A DNA stretch of 7,864 nt. It comes from an archaeon (GTDB taxonomy: Archaea; Iainarchaeota; Iainarchaeia; Iainarchaeales; CSSED10-239). The stretch spans positions 1 to 7,864 of the forward strand of contig JBAYPN010000030.1 of NCBI GenBank assembly GCA_041677685.1, in the 5' to 3' direction. The notes beneath the pieces are model-generated. The model was not told where the DNA came from. It did no database searches and worked only from the letters and a program-made list of their open reading frames with translations. Numbering within the stretch: position 1 is the stretch's first letter; each line of letters starts with the position of its first letter. The position numbers were made by a program, and so were the translations under genes. Positions 4,891 to 7,864 of this stretch are shown one piece after another.

Positions 4891-4993
4891 TTTAATATAA
4901 TATAAATTGAATAACTTGTTTTAAAAACTTCAATTTATTAAGTATAAAATAAATTAATAATTATAAAAAGATAAAAAAATAAGGGGTGATTAG

Positions 4994-5275
4994 ATGAATA
5001 AAAAAAAGAAAGTTGGTATTTTTGATTTTGTTTGGATTATAATTGCAGGTATCTTTTTTAGTTTAAGATATGTAAAAATTATAAATGTTGATTGGGGAAT
5101 TTTAGGAAGTGCAAATATAACATTTGTTCAAAAATTAAGTGATTGTAGCTTACCAATAGTTAATGCTTTAGATACATGTAAAAATATAGGTTTAATTAAC
5201 ACTATTTGGTGGGTAGTTATTGGTGTATTAGTTGTTGTTCAATTAGTGGTGTTGGCAAATAAATTAAAAAAATAA
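4994..5275 (+). CDS. Small membrane protein (two TM helices, Cys-containing loop)
   Basis: 93 aa with a strong SD-like AAGGGGTGA upstream. A basic N-terminus (MNKKKK) is followed by the TM helix FVWIIIAGIFFSL. The C-terminal TM helix is IWWVVIGVLVVVQLVVL. I recognise no family. Confidence 0.6.
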   Translation: MNKKKKVGIFDFVWIIIAGIFFSLRYVKIINVDWGILGSANITFVQKLSDCSLPIVNALDTCKNIGLINTIWWVVIGVLVVVQLVVLANKLKK

Positions 5276-5363
5276 TTTAAATTTAAATGTTAAGTTTCAA
5301 TTAAATAGGGCTACTAAAGAAATCATGAGTTTATTTAAATAAAAATGTTAAGGGGGAGATAAT

Positions 5364-5546
5364 ATGAGTTTGGGAACAACTATGATTGGAATTTTAGCAG
5401 TAATTGCAGCAATTTGGGTTATCTATGATGTAGTAACTTACAATAAAGGGCTATCATCATTAGCTAAAGTGTTATGGATTGTGTTTGCAATATTTTTTAG
5501 TATTATTACTGCAATAGTTTACTTGTTAGTTTACAAAGTAAAGTAA
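5364..5546 (+). CDS. Small membrane protein, PLDc_N-like (cardiolipin synthase N-terminal domain family)
   Basis: 60 aa with SD-like AAGGGGGAG upstream. Two TM helices carry the IWVIYDV....K.....K.LW....IFF.....IVY pattern recalled for PF13396-type proteins. Confidence 0.65.
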   Translation: MSLGTTMIGILAVIAAIWVIYDVVTYNKGLSSLAKVLWIVFAIFFSIITAIVYLLVYKVK

Positions 5547-5559
5547 GTTTTAAGGTTTT

Positions 5560-5587
5560 AGCCAAATTGAATTATCTTTCTTTGGCT
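5560..5587 (+). terminator. Possible terminator hairpin for the 5364-5546 gene
   Basis: AGCCAAA (5560-5566) pairs with TTTGGCT (5581-5587) around a 14-nt loop, followed by the T-rich TATCATCTTTATTTTTAT. The loop is large, so this is a weak call. Confidence 0.3.
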
Positions 5588-5673
5588 TATCATCTTTATT
5601 TTTATATAATATTTAAGAGTATTTTTAAAAAAAGAAATTAAATAATCATTTCTTATAAAAAATAAAAAAGAAC

Positions 5674-5703
5674 CTCTTTTGAGAAATTATTTCCTCAAAA
5701 GAG
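5674..5703 (-). terminator. Intrinsic-terminator-like hairpin downstream of the beta-propeller gene
   Basis: A perfect 10-bp stem, CTCTTTTGAG (5674-5683) with CTCAAAAGAG (5694-5703), encloses a 10-nt loop. On the minus strand it lies 35 nt after the stop codon and is followed by GGTTCTTTTTTATTTTTT. It sits between convergent genes. Confidence 0.55.
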
Positions 5704-5738
5704 TTGTTGTACAGATTATCTATTTATTTAACCTGAAT

Positions 5739-7864
5739 TTAAATTGGTAATTCTGTTTCTTCTTCTGTGTCAAAGTTATAGGTTTTTAATAGATCATCAG
5801 ATATTGTGTAAAGCTCATTATCTATATATAAGCTTCTTGCAAGAGAGGAATAATATTTATTACTTTGTATATGGTTAATTGTTGTAACCTCATTAACCCC
5901 ACTTTCATCTGCTTTTAAAACCACAAATCCAAATTTAGGAGTAGTTGTGTTATAATATTCTGATATTGGAATTACTACTAAATTGTTTTTTGCAATATAC
6001 AAAAAAGCTTTGTGATCATAAGAGACTTGTGTGCTTGAACCTCTCACATCTGAAACCCATTTTCCAACTTCAACAGGGTTAGAGAAATCACTTACATCAA
6101 ACAATGCAACCTTTACACCAGCTCTGTTTTCTCCACCCCATTCGTTAGCTTCAGTTTCTTGTCCAACACCTAAAATTGAATTTTCTGAAATTGGATGTAA
6201 ATAATCAGAATAACCACTTATTTTTAAGTAACCTAAAATCTCAGGGTTTGTTGGGGATGAAAGGTCAATTACAAAGAATGGATCTACTTGTCTATATGTA
6301 ACTAAGTATAATTTACTACCCATAAATCTTGCACTATAAATTCTTTCTGTTGGGGCAATTTCATCAACTATCCCCACTTCTTTTAAGGAACTGTTAAGAA
6401 TAGTAACTGCATTTTTATTTATTGAGCTATACCCATTGTAATCTTGGTAGGTTGTTGCAACTCTTAAATAACTATCTGATTCATCTAAGGAAAACTGATT
6501 TAATAAATTCCCTTTAACTTCTCCTTGAATAATTTCTCCAAACAAACCATTACTTTTAAGTTCTATTTTGTTAATATAGGTTTTATCAAATTCTGCTCTT
6601 TGTTCTTCATAGTATTTGTTTGTTTCATCATTAATTTTATTATAAAGTTCTTCCTTTTCTTTTTGATCAAGAGTTTTGTAATAATCATTTAAGATTTCAA
6701 TTAATTTGTCTTGATCTTCTAAATTATCTTTAATCTTGTTAGACACGTCTAAAGGATAAACTTTATCATAAATCTCTTCAAAGACAGGATCTATATTGTT
6801 GTTATTATTTCCTGCAAATCTATAGAATGGGTAGTATCTATTTTTCTGAGTTGCAATATATAAGTTGTCATAACTCATATACAATGTGTTTGAATTATCT
6901 AAAATTAAATCTATACTGTCTATTATTGAGGATGTGTTTTTAGAATAGGAAAGTGTAGTTAAATTATACATTACCTTTGATTCAGCAGTAACATCTCTTG
7001 GAACAACAATTGTTGGTTTAAAGTTAGTTTTTACATTTTTTTTAGTTTCTGAAACTGGGATCATTACTGTGTCATAATAAGCTATTGGTCTAAAATCATA
7101 TAAGTAATCATTTGTAATAATATAGACTATTCCTTCTTTCATTCTAGACTCATAATAATTTCCTTTTGTTTCAATTGAACTTAATTCTTCTAAAGAAGAG
7201 TCATTAATTTTATAGGTGTTAATCACTGTAAAAGGAATGTAATTCATTTGAGGATATAAGATTGAATATTCTGTAAATTTACTTTCTATTATTTGCTTTT
7301 CAGAAATTACATATAATAGCTTTTCTTCTTTGTTAACAAACATTGCTTTAATATTTAGATTACTTACATCTAAATTATCATCTTCTATTTTTAGTGTATA
7401 TTTATTTTCTTCTGCTATTGGAGGTGTAACATTATCAATAACAGTTATAGTATTGTTCTTAGCAATAAAGATATGCTTTCCATCAGTTTTAACAACATCT
7501 CCTTCATCAATATTTGAGACTTGAACATTTGTGTTTGAAAAGTCATTTGAACCTCCTGCCTCTACAGACACTGATTCAGGCATAGCTAATGAATCGTCCA
7601 TAGCCATAGGTGCAGAAATTAAACCTTGAGATTTATATGACATACTTCTAGAATTTTGTGCATTTGTTGTAGTTAACAAAGTTAGTAATTCTTCTGAGGT
7701 AATTGTTATAAATGGGCTATTTTTTTTAGTTTGAAATTCACTATAAGTTAAATTTGCATATTTTTTTTCTAAGTTTTTATCATTTGGTGTTATAGTGTTA
7801 TTAGGTAAATTTGTTTGATCTTGTAAACTATTTTGATTAATTAATAGACCAATAATAAAAACTG
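5739..7864 (-). CDS. Beta-propeller domain protein (PF09826-like), secreted or membrane-anchored; 5' end outside the window
   Basis: The C-terminal half carries the pattern I recall for the Beta_propel family (DPFFVIDLSSPTNPEILGYLKISGYSDYLHPISENSILGVGQE ... SYDHKAFLY). My translation of 7680-7862 in the same frame has no stop (VFIIGLLINQNSLQDQTNLPNNTITPNDKNLEKKYANLTYSEFQTKKNSPFITITSEELLTL). The TTG at 7679 in the ORF track is therefore probably internal, and the gene continues past 7864. VFIIGLLI looks like the end of an N-terminal signal anchor. Confidence 0.85.
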   Translation of the reverse strand, partial: VFIIGLLINQNSLQDQTNLPNNTITPNDKNLEKKYANLTYSEFQTKKNSPFITITSEELLTLLTTTNAQNSRSMSYKSQGLISAPMAMDDSLAMPESVSVEAGGSNDFSNTNVQVSNIDEGDVVKTDGKHIFIAKNNTITVIDNVTPPIAEENKYTLKIEDDNLDVSNLNIKAMFVNKEEKLLYVISEKQIIESKFTEYSILYPQMNYIPFTVINTYKINDSSLEELSSIETKGNYYESRMKEGIVYIITNDYLYDFRPIAYYDTVMIPVSETKKNVKTNFKPTIVVPRDVTAESKVMYNLTTLSYSKNTSSIIDSIDLILDNSNTLYMSYDNLYIATQKNRYYPFYRFAGNNNNNIDPVFEEIYDKVYPLDVSNKIKDNLEDQDKLIEILNDYYKTLDQKEKEELYNKINDETNKYYEEQRAEFDKTYINKIELKSNGLFGEIIQGEVKGNLLNQFSLDESDSYLRVATTYQDYNGYSSINKNAVTILNSSLKEVGIVDEIAPTERIYSARFMGSKLYLVTYRQVDPFFVIDLSSPTNPEILGYLKISGYSDYLHPISENSILGVGQETEANEWGGENRAGVKVALFDVSDFSNPVEVGKWVSDVRGSSTQVSYDHKAFLYIAKNNLVVIPISEYYNTTTPKFGFVVLKADESGVNEVTTINHIQSNKYYSSLARSLYIDNELYTISDDLLKTYNFDTEEETELPI

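Noticed and set aside
5276-5352. 19-nt direct repeat TTTAAAT(TT/AA)AAATGTTAAG flanking the 5276-5363 spacer
   Set aside because: It is composed almost entirely of A and T. Matches of this length are expected by chance at this base composition, and it has no accompanying structure.
7330-7524. 64-aa ORF on the plus strand
   Set aside because: It lies fully inside and antisense to the well-supported beta-propeller gene. It has a hydrophobic low-complexity translation and no SD-like motif. It is a shadow ORF.

Overview
This is a strongly AT-rich, gene-dense prokaryotic window. Most genes are preceded by Shine-Dalgarno-like GGTGA/GAGG motifs. TATA-like boxes and a tRNA-Thr fragment with a T (U73) discriminator hint at an archaeal, possibly DPANN-like, host, but that is inference only. 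Confident coding calls are two small class I SAM-dependent methyltransferases (10-699, 3279-4004), a hicB-hicA toxin-antitoxin pair (1053-1495), a LabA/NYN-domain predicted RNase (2208-2726), three small membrane proteins, and a large secreted or anchored beta-propeller protein on the minus strand (5739 to beyond the window edge). The most unusual region is 920-2770. It holds a clean 3' two-thirds of a tRNA-Thr(GGU) gene with no 5' part, followed by four progressively degraded copies of the same unit. Three of those copies sit at or just after the stop codon of a one- or two-gene module (hicBA, a 111-aa ORF, the NYN gene); the fourth directly abuts the fragment inside the RHH ORF. This looks like a tRNA-targeted integration hotspot or a cassette-like array carrying RNA-targeting toxin genes. 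No integrase is visible in the window. Other points worth a second look are a GC-rich 12-bp hairpin just upstream of the NYN gene, a GC-enriched island of about 132 nt with a 9-bp terminal stem that may be a minus-strand ncRNA (4150-4281), a decayed RHH/UPF0175-like antitoxin pseudogene (4369-4696), and 3.5 perfect copies of a 23-bp tandem repeat in a long intergenic spacer (4811-4890). All product calls rest on motif recognition by eye. No database search was run.
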